Assembly: GCA_965263035.1 (NCBI GenBank)
Contig: OZ253580.1
Span: forward strand, 1,024,001-1,088,000
Origin: Acidobacteriota bacterium
Lineage (GTDB): Bacteria; Acidobacteriota; UBA6911; RPQK01; JAJDTT01
Length of the DNA: 64,000 nt
Direction of reading: 5' to 3'
The stretch's first letter is position 1. Every line of letters starts with the position of its first letter. The notes below the pieces were generated by a model. That model was not told where the DNA came from. It ran no database searches and saw only the letters and a list, made by a program, of their open reading frames with translations. The position numbers and the translations under genes were made by a program. This document shows positions 20,287 to 31,060 of the stretch, one piece after another.

Positions 20287-20870
20287 GTAAACGCTCGACA
20301 AGGGTATTGTATGATTTCTCTTGAAACCGGACAACGAAGAAGCCGGCGATAGTGTCCTTCCTGAAACCGGGCGAGCTGAACTTCCACAATCTTCCGAGGC
20401 TACTCACGGGACGAGGACGTACATACGCCTGCAAATTTCCGTCGTCGCATCTCTTATAGGACTCTTTCCCCCGGTATTCGGTTCTGTTTCCCCCTTCGAG
20501 CATCAGAGACGGTCTGCCGCTGAAAGTGATTCCTTCAAACCTGTCTTCACCGAGGTTCGGCTTCCTTGGGCATTCAATTCCGGTATCACAATTTACCGAC
20601 TCCTTTCAAGTACGTGGTCGAAACGATAGGTTTCGAGTGTGCGTTCTTGGACTACAACCGAGATGATTATCTGGATATTTTTCGGGTTATTGGGGGTCGG
20701 CTTCCTGCCGGCGAGAAAGGCGCACCCCTGGATCACGCTCTCTACGAAACCGAGGAGACGGGACTTTTGTAGAAGTCGGAAAGGAGTCGGGGATCAAACG
20801 AAACCGTGCCTTCGGTCAGGGAGTTGCAGGGGGAGACTACGACAACGACGGATTCGACGATCTGTTCCTC

Positions 20871-22866
20871 CCCGGATTATTCATCACGCAAACATAAAAT
20901 GAGCAAGCGTGCCCGTCATGTCGAGTCGGATCAGAGGGTTACCGGATACCCACAGAAAACGGCTGGGACCCGACCTGGGTGAAACTCTATATTAGTTTTC
21001 AACGTCGGTTTAAACTCAGGATTCAAGGGGGGCCGAAACCCAAGTATTTCCACGGTTTGCGTCCCCTCCAAGGGTGGCAAAAAGAGGTGGCGTGCCCGTC
21101 ATTTGTGGTATAGTTATAGTGCTAAGAAACAACCACAAAGAACGGAGCACGCCATGCCTGAGACGATACCGCAGATCCGGCCCTCATTCAACCGATCCCT
21201 CCGCCTCGAGACCCGCCCCGAGTTGCTCAGTGCGGACACGGGAGCCCTGGTGCAGCGGGAGCTGATGGATCGCAGCGGCCTCATCGACTGGTTGACCGGG
21301 CGGTTGCACGATCCGCGACACCCGAGTTCGATCCGCTATCCGCTGTCGGATCTGCTGCGGACTCGACTCCTGCTGCTGGGGCAGGGCTGGCGCGACCAGT
21401 CCGACGCCGACCGCCTGCGTCAGGATCCGAGCTTGCGGGTGGCGAGCGAGACTCGTCGGGGCACGGCGGCCTTGGAGGAGGGCCAGGGGCTGGCGTCGCA
21501 GCCGACCTTGTCCCGACTGCTGGACACGCTCAGCCGGGAGGAGAACCTTCCGGTCCTGCACCAGGCGGTGACGGAGCTGGCGTGCCGTCGGATCGAGATG
21601 ATCGAAGGCCAGCGGCGAAAACGGGGGAAAAAGACCCCACGGAAGAAGAGACGGAAAAAGACGATGGTCCTGGACGTGGACGGTCTCCCGGTCGAGGTCC
21701 ATGGGCATCCCCCGGGAAGCGAATGGAACGGATACTATCGCCAGCGGATGTACCACGGGTTGGTGGCGAGTTGTGCCGAGACGGGGGACCTGATCGACGG
21801 GGAGATTTTTCCGGGAGCCAGCTACCTGGGGAAAAAGGCGCTGAAGTTGACGCTACGGGTGGTGGACCACTGTCGCGGGCGTCTGTGCGGCTCGATGATC
21901 GTGCGGATGGATGCGGGGTTCCCGGAGCCGGGGCTGCTGAAGGGGCTGGAGTCGAGAAGCGTGCCCTATATCGCTCGAATCCGCAAGAATGAGGTCCTGA
22001 ACCGGATGGCGAAGCCCTACTTGACCCAGCCGGCGGGGCGGTCCCCGAAAGCACCACCGAGGCTCTGGTTCCATGAGCTGACCTACCAGGCGGAGAGTTG
22101 GGATCGGGCGCGCCGGGTGGTGCTGGTGGTGCGGGAGCGACCGGGGGAGTTGTATCCGGATCATTTCTGGTTGCTGACGAGCCTGAGCCGGAAGCGTTAT
22201 GAGGCGGAAGCGTTGCTGGCGCGGTACCGCAAACGGGGGAAGGCGGAAGGCCACATGGGGGAGTTCATGGACGTGCTCGATCCGGCCTTGTCCTCCGCGA
22301 GCCGGCCCAAGACGCACTATCGGGGCAAACCGCTGAAGCCGGGAGCGAAGCCGGAAGCGACGACGGAGGCCGGAGTTCGACCCCACAACGAAGTCTTGTT
22401 CCTGCTGAATCTGCTGGGGTACGAGATCCTGCACCTGGGTCGGGTGCTGATGGAGCAGGCGACGCGTCGGGGCTGGAGTCTGCGTCGTTTTCGCGAGCGG
22501 GTGTTGCGAGTGGCGAGTCGGGCGCTACGTCAGGGGAGGCGATTGATTTTCGTCATCAGTCAAGGGGCGACGGACTGGAAGCGGTTGTGGCAGAGACTGG
22601 CGCGGGTGTCCTGGGCGCCGGGATAGGGGACGGCGGAGGCATCGGGCCCGTGGAAGGGACCGAAACGGTGGGGATTTCTCACCGGAAAGTCAACCTGTCG
22701 GCGGGTGACGGCCCCCTTGGCCGTTAAACGGTTTATGACTGGTTCAATCGTCCTGTTTTCGAGCCGATTCAGTCGAATCGACAGAGGTTCAAGAGAAACC
22801 GGGCTGCGACCGCACGAAAACGCCGGGTTGGAAGCCCTTATCAACATGTCCCATGAATAATCTGGG
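20871..22866 (+). mobile_element. IS1380-family element, copy 1
   Basis: IRs CCCGGATTATTCAT / ATGAATAATCTGGG; 5-bp TSD TCCTC (20866-20870, 22867-22871). Confidence 0.95.
21154..22626 (+). CDS. IS1380-family transposase
   Basis: LSADTG, DPR, LASQPTLSR, LDVD, RMDAGF, YRKRGKAEGHMGE. Confidence 0.92.
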   Translation: MPETIPQIRPSFNRSLRLETRPELLSADTGALVQRELMDRSGLIDWLTGRLHDPRHPSSIRYPLSDLLRTRLLLLGQGWRDQSDADRLRQDPSLRVASETRRGTAALEEGQGLASQPTLSRLLDTLSREENLPVLHQAVTELACRRIEMIEGQRRKRGKKTPRKKRRKKTMVLDVDGLPVEVHGHPPGSEWNGYYRQRMYHGLVASCAETGDLIDGEIFPGASYLGKKALKLTLRVVDHCRGRLCGSMIVRMDAGFPEPGLLKGLESRSVPYIARIRKNEVLNRMAKPYLTQPAGRSPKAPPRLWFHELTYQAESWDRARRVVLVVRERPGELYPDHFWLLTSLSRKRYEAEALLARYRKRGKAEGHMGEFMDVLDPALSSASRPKTHYRGKPLKPGAKPEATTEAGVRPHNEVLFLLNLLGYEILHLGRVLMEQATRRGWSLRRFRERVLRVASRALRQGRRLIFVISQGATDWKRLWQRLARVSWAPG

Positions 22867-23081
22867 TCCTCACCAATTTCAACGGACCGAACCTGCTCTA
22901 CTGTAACCAGAGAAATGGGGCATTTGTGGAAGTGGCTGAAAAAGATCTGAGATTCGGTCGCCAAGGGAGATCCTCTTGTTGTGGTGCATTCCGAGAAATT
23001 CGTCCAAGAGGTGGAGGCACGGGAGGAGAGAGTCCTGCACAACATCCTGGTCCAAGAAGGAGAAGAGGCGAGACCTGTCTC

Positions 23082-25078
23082 CCCAGATTATTCACCACGC
23101 AAACATAAAATGAGCAAGCGTGCCCGTCATGTCGAGTCGGATCAGAGGGTTACCGGATACCCACAGAAAACGGCTGAGACCCGACCTGGGTGAAACGCTA
23201 TCTTTGTTTTCAACGTCGGTTTAAACTCAGGATTCAAGGGGGGCCGAAAGCCAAGAAATTCCACGGTTTTCGTCCCCTCCAAGGGCGGCATAAAGAGGCG
23301 GCGTGCCCGTCATTTGTGGTATAGTTATGGTGTTACAAAAACAACCACAATAAACGGAGCACGCCATGCCTGAGACGATACCGCAGATCCGGCCCTCATT
23401 CAACCGATCCCTCCGCCTCGAGACCCGCCCCGAGTTGCTCAGTGCGGACACGGGAGCCCTGGTGCAACGGGAGATGATGGATCGTAGCGGCCTCATCGAC
23501 TGGTTGACCGGGCGGTTGCACGATCCGCGACACCCGAGTTCGATCCGCTATCCGCTGTCGGATCTGCTGCGGACTCGACTCCTGCTGCTGGGTCAGGGCT
23601 GGCGCGACCAGTCCGACGCCGACCGCCTGCGTCAGGATCCGAGCTTGCGGGTGGCGAGCCGGACCCGTCGGGGCACGGCGGCCTTGGAGGAGGGCCAGGG
23701 GCTGGCGTCGCAGCCGACCTTGTCCCGACTGCTGGACACGCTCAGCCGGGAGGAGAACCTTCCGGTCCTGCACCAGGCGGTGACGGAGCTGGCGTGCCGT
23801 CGGATCGAGATGATCGAAGGCCGGCGGCGAAAACGGAGGGAAAAGACCCCACGGAAGAAGAGACGGAAAAAGACGATGGTCCTGGACGTGGACGGTCTCC
23901 CGGTCGAGGTCCATGGGCATCCCCCGGGAAGCGAATGGAACGGATACTATCGCCAGCGGATGTACCACGGGTTGGTGGCGAGTTGTGCCGAGACGGGGGA
24001 CCTGATCGACGGGGAGATTTTTCCGGGAGCCAGCTACCTGGGGAAAAAGGCGCTGAAGTTGACGCTCCGGGTGGTGGACCACTGTCGCGGGCGTCTGTGC
24101 GGCTCGATGATCGTGCGGATGGATGCGGGGTTCCCGGAGCCGGGGCTGCTGAAGGGGCTGGAGTCGAGAAGCGTGCCCTATATCGCTCGAATCCGCAAGA
24201 ATGAGGTCCTGAACCGGATGGCGAAGCCCTACTTGACCCAACCGGCGGGGCGATCCCCGGATGCACCACCGAGGCTCTGGTTCCATGAGCTGACCTATCA
24301 GGCGGAGAGTTGGGATCGGGCGCGCCGGGTGGTGCTGGTGGTGCGGGAGCGACCGGAGGAGTTGTATCCGGATCATTTCTGGTTGCTGACGAGCCTGAGC
24401 CGGAAACGATACCAGGCTCAGGAGTTGCTGGCACAGTATCGAAAGCGGGGGAAGGCGGAAGGGCACATGGGGGAGTTGATGGACGTGCTCGATCCGGCCT
24501 TGTCCTCCGCGAGCCGGCCCAAGACGCACTATCGGGGCCAACCGCTGAAGTCGGAAGCCAAGCCGGAAGCGAGGACGGAGGCCGGGGTTCGACCCCACAA
24601 CGAAGTCTTGTTCCTGCTGAATCTTCTGGGGTACGAGATCCTGCACCTGGGTCGGGTGCTGATGGAGCAGGCGACGCGTCGGGGCTGGAGTCTGCGTCGT
24701 TTTCGCGAGCGGGTGTTGCGAGTGGCGAGTCGGGCGCTACGTCAGGGGAGGCGATTGATTTTCGTCATCAGTCAAGGGGCGACGGACTGGAAGGAGTTGT
24801 GGCAGAGACTGGCGCGGGTGTCCTGGGCGCCGGGATAGTGGACGGAGGAGGCATCGGGCCCGTGGAAGGGACCGAAACGGTGGGGATTTCTCACCGGAAA
24901 GTCAACCTGTTGGCGGGTGACGGTCCCCCTGGCCGGAAAACGGTTAATGACTGGTTCAATCGTCCTGTTTTCGAGCCGATTCAGTCGAATCGACAGAGGT
25001 TCAAGAGAAACCGGGCTCCGACCGCACGAAAACGCCGGGTTGGAAGCCCTTATCAACATGTCCCATGAATAATCTGGG
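23082..25078 (+). mobile_element. IS1380-family element, copy 2
   Basis: Same IRs; TSD GTCTC (23077-23081, 25079-25083). Confidence 0.95.
23366..24838 (+). CDS. IS1380-family transposase
   Basis: 490 aa, near-identical to copy 1. Confidence 0.92.
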   Translation: MPETIPQIRPSFNRSLRLETRPELLSADTGALVQREMMDRSGLIDWLTGRLHDPRHPSSIRYPLSDLLRTRLLLLGQGWRDQSDADRLRQDPSLRVASRTRRGTAALEEGQGLASQPTLSRLLDTLSREENLPVLHQAVTELACRRIEMIEGRRRKRREKTPRKKRRKKTMVLDVDGLPVEVHGHPPGSEWNGYYRQRMYHGLVASCAETGDLIDGEIFPGASYLGKKALKLTLRVVDHCRGRLCGSMIVRMDAGFPEPGLLKGLESRSVPYIARIRKNEVLNRMAKPYLTQPAGRSPDAPPRLWFHELTYQAESWDRARRVVLVVRERPEELYPDHFWLLTSLSRKRYQAQELLAQYRKRGKAEGHMGELMDVLDPALSSASRPKTHYRGQPLKSEAKPEARTEAGVRPHNEVLFLLNLLGYEILHLGRVLMEQATRRGWSLRRFRERVLRVASRALRQGRRLIFVISQGATDWKELWQRLARVSWAPG

Positions 25079-25692
25079 GTCTCCCCGATAGGTCTGGTGG
25101 TTTGAAGGTGCCCTTCACGAGCCCCTTGCTTTTCTGGAATACTCTTCTGCAACGACCCGGCTGAATTTGCACGTTCTCTCTCCGGATGAGACTGTGACTC
25201 CAGAGAGAGGTGAAAAGAGGGAAAGTAGTTACTCCTCCGGCCGCTAAACGGCTGGCGAGAGAGAAACCTGACCCTGACGCTCGACAGCCCGCGCGGCCTG
25301 CTGACACTAGTCTTGCACGAAGCTGTCGGGAAAGAACGTTTCAAACTAGCGCGGGCCAGAACACAGCTCGCGGGGAAGGTTCTACACGGCAAATGCACAC
25401 ATGAGGATTTGTGTGGCGGCACCTTTACAGTGACCAATCTGGACCCTGTTGGCATCGATTCGTTTTCTCCCATCATCAACCCGCCCCAGGTTGCTACCCT
25501 GGGAATCGGCCGGGTCCAGGCGAAAGCGGTTCAAGATAATGGAGGTTCCGTATCATTCAGGCCTTATGTGTTTTTCAGCGTCAGTCTGGACCACTGGGTC
25601 CTGGATGGAGCCGACGGATCCCGTTTTTTGAAAACGTTCGAAGCCTGCGTATCGGCTGGTTGACACTTAAAGCAGTAAGGAACTCCGAATTG

Positions 25693-26444
25693 ATGAAGAA
25701 ACCCCTGACCCGACGTTTTTTTCTGAAAGGAGCCGGGATGGCTTCGGCTACAAGCTGGACCGCACCCGTACTTGGGTCCCCTCTCCACTACACACAGACC
25801 GTTCCTTCGCCCCCAGACAGGCCCTTTTTGTTGAGCGCTACCGTCGCATTTCCAGACGACTGTTCGGAGGTCGTTTTCACCAAGGTTCTTCTGGAGCACC
25901 TCCTGGAACGCATGAAGTGGATGGGGGTGCGGCGCATTTACTGGGAGTACTACGGGGACATGTCCAGGGGATACTGGGCGACTGCCATCCGGCGTCCGGC
26001 CCAAGGCGGAGTGACAGGAGTGAACGTCCCCGGTATCCACCCGATCAAGCAGACCCTGCTCAACTTTGGCGAGCCCCCCATCAACGTCGGCGCCCGACTT
26101 GCTCGTCAATTGGGACTGGAATTCTATGCCATTATTAAGCCCTACGAGGCCGGACACTCCACCTCCGAGCCATTGGGTAGTCCGCGCCGTCGAGAAATTA
26201 CGGGCCTTCCCAGGATTGGAGGAGTCTCAGATCGTTCTTATCCCTGGACGGTCCGGCATCCGGAATTGCGGCTGCGCGCCCGGCAAAGTGACCTTCCCCG
26301 GGGCATGGATGGGATTATCGTCGAAGCTATCCAGCTTCGGAAGTTGAACTATTCAGCCCACTCTCTGCGTGGAGAGCAACTTGAAATCTGGACCAGCACC
26401 GACAATTACAAATACAGAAAGAGGAACATCCGGTTTACGGTCAA
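25693..26444 (+). pseudogene. Tat-exported glycoside-hydrolase-like protein, 5' part (split by IS1380 copy 3)
   Basis: TRRFFLK leader; GVRRIYW; joins in frame as RFTVKESVE to 28446-29646. Confidence 0.75.
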
Positions 26445-28440
26445 CCCAGATTATTCATGGGACATGTTGATAAGGGCTTCCAACCCGGCGTTTTCGTGCG
26501 GTCGCAGCCCGGTTTCTCTTGAAGCTCTGTCGATTCGACTGAATCGGCTCGAAAACAGGACGATTGAACCAGTCATAAACCGTTTTCCGGCCAGGGGGAC
26601 CGTCACCCGCCGACAGATTGACTCTCCGGTGAGAAATCCCCACCGTTTCGGTCCCTTCCACGGGCCCGATTCCTCCTCCGTCCGCTATCCCGGCGCCCAG
26701 GACACCCGCGCCAGTCTCTTCCACAACCGCTTCCAGTCCGTCGCCCCTTGACTGATGACGAAAATCAATCGCCTCCCCTGGCGCAGCGCCCGAGACGCCA
26801 CTCGCAACATCCGCTCGCGAAAACGACGCAGACTCCAGCCCCGACGCGTCGCCTGCTCCATCAGCACCCGACCCAGGTGCAGGATCTCGTACCCCAGCAG
26901 ATTCAGCAGGAACAAGACTTCGTTGTGGGGTCGAACGCCGGCCTCCGTCGTCGCTTCCGGCTTCGCTCCCGGCTTCAGCGGCTTCCCCCGGTAGTGCGTC
27001 TTGGGCCGGCTCGCGGAGGACAAGGCCGGATCGAGCACGTCCATCAACTCCCCCATGTGCCCTTCCGCCTTCCCCCGCTTTCGATACTGTGTCAGCAGCG
27101 CTTCCGCCTCATAACGCTTCCGGCTCAGGCTCGTCAGCAACCAGAAATGATCCGGATACAACTCCCCCGGTCGCTCCCGCACCACCAGCACCACCCGGCG
27201 CGCCCGATCCCACGTCCCCGCCTGGTAGGTCAGCTCATGGAACCAGAGCTTCGGTGGTGCATCCGGGGATCGCCCCGCCGGCTGGGTCAAGTAGGGCTTC
27301 GCCATCCGGTTCAGGACCTCATTCTTGCGGATTCGAGCGATATAGGGCACGCTTCTCGACTCCAGCCCCTTCAGCAGCCCCGGCTCCGGGAACCCCGCAT
27401 CCATCCGCACGATCATCGAGCCGCACAGACGCCCCCGACAGCGGTCCACCACCCGCAGCGTCAACTTCAGCGCCTTTTTCCCCAGGTAGCTGGCTCCCGG
27501 AAAAATCTCCCCGTCGATCAGGTCCCCCGTCTCGGCACAACTCGCCACCAACCCGTGGTACATCCGCTGGCGATAGTATCCGTTCCATTCGCTTCCCGGG
27601 GGATGCCCATGGACCTCGACCGGGAGACCGTCCACGTCCAGGTACATCGTCTTTTTCCGTCTCTTCTTCCGTGGGGTCTTTTTCCCCCGTTTTCGCCGCC
27701 GGCCTTCGATCATCTCGATCCGACGGCACGCCAGCTCCGTCACCGCCTGGTGCAGGACCGAAAGGTTCTCCTCCCGGCTGAGCGTGTCCAGCAGTCGGGA
27801 CAAGGTCGGCTGCGATGCCAGCCCCTGGCCCTCCTCCAAGGCCGCCGTGCCCCGACGGGTCTGGCTCGCCACCCGCAAGCTCGGATCCTGACGCAGGCGG
27901 TCGGCGTCGGACTGGTCGCGCCAGCCCTGACCCAGCAGCAGGAGTCGAGTCCGCAGCAGATCCGACAGCGGATAGCGGATCGAACTCGGGTGTCGCGGAT
28001 CGTGCAACCGCTCGGTCAACCAGTCGATGAGGCCGCTGCGCTCCATCAGCTCCCGTTGCACCAGGGCTCCCGTGTCCGCACTGAGCAACTCGGGGCGGGT
28101 CTCGAGGCGGAGGGATCGGTTGAATGAGGGCCGGATCTGCGGTATCGTCTCAGGCATGGCGTGCTCCGTTTATTGTGGTTGTTTCTTAGCACTATAATCA
28201 TACCACAAATGACGGGCACGCCGTCTCTTTATGCCGCCCTTGGAGGGGACGAAAACCGTGGAAATGCTTGGGTTTCGGCCCCACTTGAATCCTGGGGTTA
28301 AACCGACGTTGAAAACAAATATAGCGTTTCACCCAGGTCGGGTCTCAGCCGTTTTCTGTGGGTATCCGGTAACCCTCTGATCCGACTCGACATGACGGGC
28401 ACGCTTGCTCATTTTATGTTTGCGTGGTGAATAATCTGGG
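26445..28440 (-). mobile_element. IS1380-family element, copy 3 (inverted)
   Basis: Same IRs; TSD GTCAA (26440-26444, 28441-28445). Confidence 0.95.
26685..28157 (-). CDS. IS1380-family transposase
   Basis: 490 aa, near-identical to copies 1 and 2. Confidence 0.92.
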   Translation of the reverse strand: MPETIPQIRPSFNRSLRLETRPELLSADTGALVQRELMERSGLIDWLTERLHDPRHPSSIRYPLSDLLRTRLLLLGQGWRDQSDADRLRQDPSLRVASQTRRGTAALEEGQGLASQPTLSRLLDTLSREENLSVLHQAVTELACRRIEMIEGRRRKRGKKTPRKKRRKKTMYLDVDGLPVEVHGHPPGSEWNGYYRQRMYHGLVASCAETGDLIDGEIFPGASYLGKKALKLTLRVVDRCRGRLCGSMIVRMDAGFPEPGLLKGLESRSVPYIARIRKNEVLNRMAKPYLTQPAGRSPDAPPKLWFHELTYQAGTWDRARRVVLVVRERPGELYPDHFWLLTSLSRKRYEAEALLTQYRKRGKAEGHMGELMDVLDPALSSASRPKTHYRGKPLKPGAKPEATTEAGVRPHNEVLFLLNLLGYEILHLGRVLMEQATRRGWSLRRFRERMLRVASRALRQGRRLIFVISQGATDWKRLWKRLARVSWAPG

Positions 28441-28445
28441 GTCAA

Positions 28446-29646
28446 GGAGAGTGTCGAAACCTGCCCTCGAGATGTTTTCGATATCAATGGCAAGCTCGTC
28501 ACCGCCAAAGGAGCAAAGGTAAGAGCCCTGACGCTGCAGGGGCTGAAACTGAGCGATCCTTTCATCGCAATCACGACAAACACCCTTAGCCGGAGAGGAA
28601 GTTTCCGAAACACCGCCCTTGAGTTAGTCAGAGCCTACGGGGTGAACGGAAAGGAAATCCCAATTGTGGTGGCCAGCCATCGTTCCGTCTGGGGGAGAGT
28701 CAGAGACTTTCGGACTGGGGGTCTGGAATTCGACGGCGGTATCGGCGCCATTCCGGTCACTCTGGATGTGGATAACCGGTTGCAGAACTGCACCACGTGT
28801 TTGCCTCAGCGACGGGCAGACTGTATGGGGGCCATAACCATCTACCCCGAATTCCCACTGTGCCGCGACGGCCTCATTGCTTTTGCACGTGGACGCAATG
28901 AGTACTATTCTGGAGGACTCTGCGAAGCCTATCCTGAAGTTCAGGGCTATTGGCTCGACTGGATCGGAGAGTGTCTTGCCGCTGGAGTCGACGGTCTGGA
29001 TATCCGCATTTCCAACCACAGCACTTGGTCGGACTATATGGACCTTTATGGCTTCAACGAGCCGGTGGCCGCGGAGTACGAACGACGCTATGGCATAGAT
29101 CCCAACCACGAACCCTACGATCCTCAACTGCTGGCGGATCTGCGCGGTGACTATTACGATCAGTTCCTGGCCAAAGCAAAGCAGAAACTGTCGGCGGCCG
29201 GGAAAAAGCTGCAACTCCACATCGAGGTCGAGTCCTTTCGGCCGGACGCTGCTCCCATGCGAGTCCGCACCAGGCCGGGAAACACCACCTTTCATTGGCG
29301 CCGCTGGGTCGATTCCGGTCTGGCCGACGAAACCACGCTCATGCCGGTGTCCTGGGGTCTGGACAGGGTGCTGAAAGACTCTTTGGCGGACGAAATTCTC
29401 AGTCGCTGCCGGAAAGCAGGAGTCCCTCTCTACGTCCGCAACTACATGTGGAATAGCCGTGACGGGCAAGTCCAGGGGAATCTACTGGAACGGGTTTTTC
29501 GGCATGGCGGCTATTCCGAGTATAACTTCTATGAGACGGCAAGTTTTTACGACCGTAAAAAGACCGCCGAACAGGGAAGGCTAGCTTTCTTTCCGGGGAT
29601 GGTAGAAGGCATTCGGAGCCGGGCCAGGCAATTGGGCTTGATTTAA
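28446..29646 (+). pseudogene. Glycoside-hydrolase-like TIM-barrel protein, 3' part
   Basis: YPEVQGYW...GVDGLDIR...YGFNEP...YGIDP...WRRWVDSGLAD resembles GHL10-like barrels. Confidence 0.65.
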
Positions 29647-29813
29647 CAGAGGATTCATTTCTGGCTCGTTTGCGGGGGGGAGATCCAGATCATCGTCCGA
29701 TCTTTAAAGGATGACAATTATTGCTTTCAGTAACTCCATGAGGGCATCGAAGTTTGCCGAGTTTGCACCGTCAGCTCTAGATGATTTGTAGAAGAGCCAC
29801 AGGGAGTGAAATT

Positions 29814-30635
29814 ATGTCCTTGACCTTCATTCACATCACCGACACCCATCTGGGAACCACTTGCGACGAGCTGGTTCACTTTTACGCTCCCGGGCAGGCC
29901 TTGATGGCGGTATTGAAGAAAATCGCAGCCGATGGTGCTTATGATGCCTCGTTTATCGCCGATACTGGAGATATGATTCGGCACTGGTCGTACCCTTCAG
30001 CCTATGAAACAGGTAAAAGGATCTACGGTTTTGAAGAGAGATCACCAGCTCCCGGACCTCTCAGGGTGCGTGCCGAAGGAATGGATCTACCCTGGTATTT
30101 TGTTCCGGGGAATGTCGACAACCGCCTCGAGTGCCGGAACAGGCTATTTACTCCAGATCCCGGAGTGGCACTCTTCAACTACACGTGGAAGGCGCAGGGG
30201 ATTCGCTTTCTCAGCCTGGACTGGGGAGCACACGAGACCAATCGTTACACGTTAGACCCCCAGTCCTATAACTGGTTAAAGCAGCAACTGGATCAGAGAT
30301 GCCCTACTATCATTCTCACTCATCACCCTCCCGTGTCCGTAGGCATTCCTATGTTTGACGAAATGACACCACCGGATCTGAACCGCCTTCATGAACTCAT
30401 TGCCGGTTCCCCGGTGCTGGCCATTTTTCACGGACACACCCATCATCCATGGGAGAATCGGATTGACGGGATCCCAGTTTTCGGAACCGGCTCGGTGACC
30501 TATAGGCGGTGTCTGCACCACGATTACGCGCAGGGCCTGGTGCTGGAGATCCATCCCCCACAGTATCGGGTCGTGACCATACACAGTGATGGCTCGGTGA
30601 CTGCCCCGATTCACGAAGTACCCTTGGAACCTTAG
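29814..30635 (+). CDS. Calcineurin-like metallophosphoesterase (CpdA-like)
   Basis: TDTH, TGD, PGNVD, HHPP, HGHTH motifs. Confidence 0.88.
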   Translation: MSLTFIHITDTHLGTTCDELVHFYAPGQALMAVLKKIAADGAYDASFIADTGDMIRHWSYPSAYETGKRIYGFEERSPAPGPLRVRAEGMDLPWYFVPGNVDNRLECRNRLFTPDPGVALFNYTWKAQGIRFLSLDWGAHETNRYTLDPQSYNWLKQQLDQRCPTIILTHHPPVSVGIPMFDEMTPPDLNRLHELIAGSPVLAIFHGHTHHPWENRIDGIPVFGTGSVTYRRCLHHDYAQGLVLEIHPPQYRVVTIHSDGSVTAPIHEVPLEP

Positions 30636-30689
30636 TCCTCCCTCGAGTAGCTCAGTGCCGCCAAAGACTCACACGAAATTTCCCACTCG

Positions 30690-31003
30690 GAGTGAGACCA
30701 TCGCCCGCGAGGCGCAACTGGACGGTTTTTCACCCTCCGGACCAGCGAGCCAGAGGACCGGTTGCCGACTGCCGCCATGGTGCGCAGCTACAAGATGCTG
30801 ACGACTGGCGAGCGGGCTTTCCGCTGTCTGAAGAGCATGGACCCGGACGGCCCTCGGTTGCAATGACTGACGGAGGCGACGCCGCTGCAGCGACGGGCGC
30901 TGGAGATGGTCCAGGCGTTCCCAGTGACGACCAATGCGGCTTCGTAACTTATCCTTTTATAATCAAGGAGTTATCTCGTCTCCGTGTCTGAAACTTCGGC
31001 CTA
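30690..31003 (+). pseudogene. Internally deleted IS1634-type transposase remnant with right end
   Basis: IAREAQLDG, VRSYKMLTTGERAFRCLKS and TEATPLQRRALEM match the intact copy; IHF-like AATCAAGGAGTTA at 30961; end GAAACTTCGGCCTAA resembles GAAGTTCCGGCTAG. Confidence 0.7.
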
Positions 31004-31060
31004 ATCTTGCCAGCAGGTTGGAAAAGGACGGCTCCAGGTTAATCCAGCCTCAGAGCACAT

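Larger units (their letters stand above)
20530..22945 (+). pseudogene. CRTAC1/ASPIC FG-GAP remnant interrupted by IS1380 copy 1
   Basis: KYVVETIG...AFLDYNRDDYLDIF; removing the IS gives GDYDNDGFDDLFLTNFNGPNLLYCNQRNGAFVEVAEK. Confidence 0.75.
22950..25663 (+). pseudogene. 2-oxo-acid dehydrogenase E2 (dihydrolipoamide acyltransferase) remnant interrupted by IS1380 copy 2
   Basis: Lipoyl-like VHSEKFVQEV...ILVQEGE, E3-binding PPAAKRLARE, catalytic GGTFTVTNL...SPIINPPQVA...DHWVLDG; contains stops and large internal deletions. Confidence 0.8.

Noticed and set aside
23082-28440. Composite transposon or inversion formed by inverted IS1380 copies 2 and 3
   Set aside because: Each copy has its own matching TSD and interrupts a different gene that rejoins across the TSD, so these are independent insertions.
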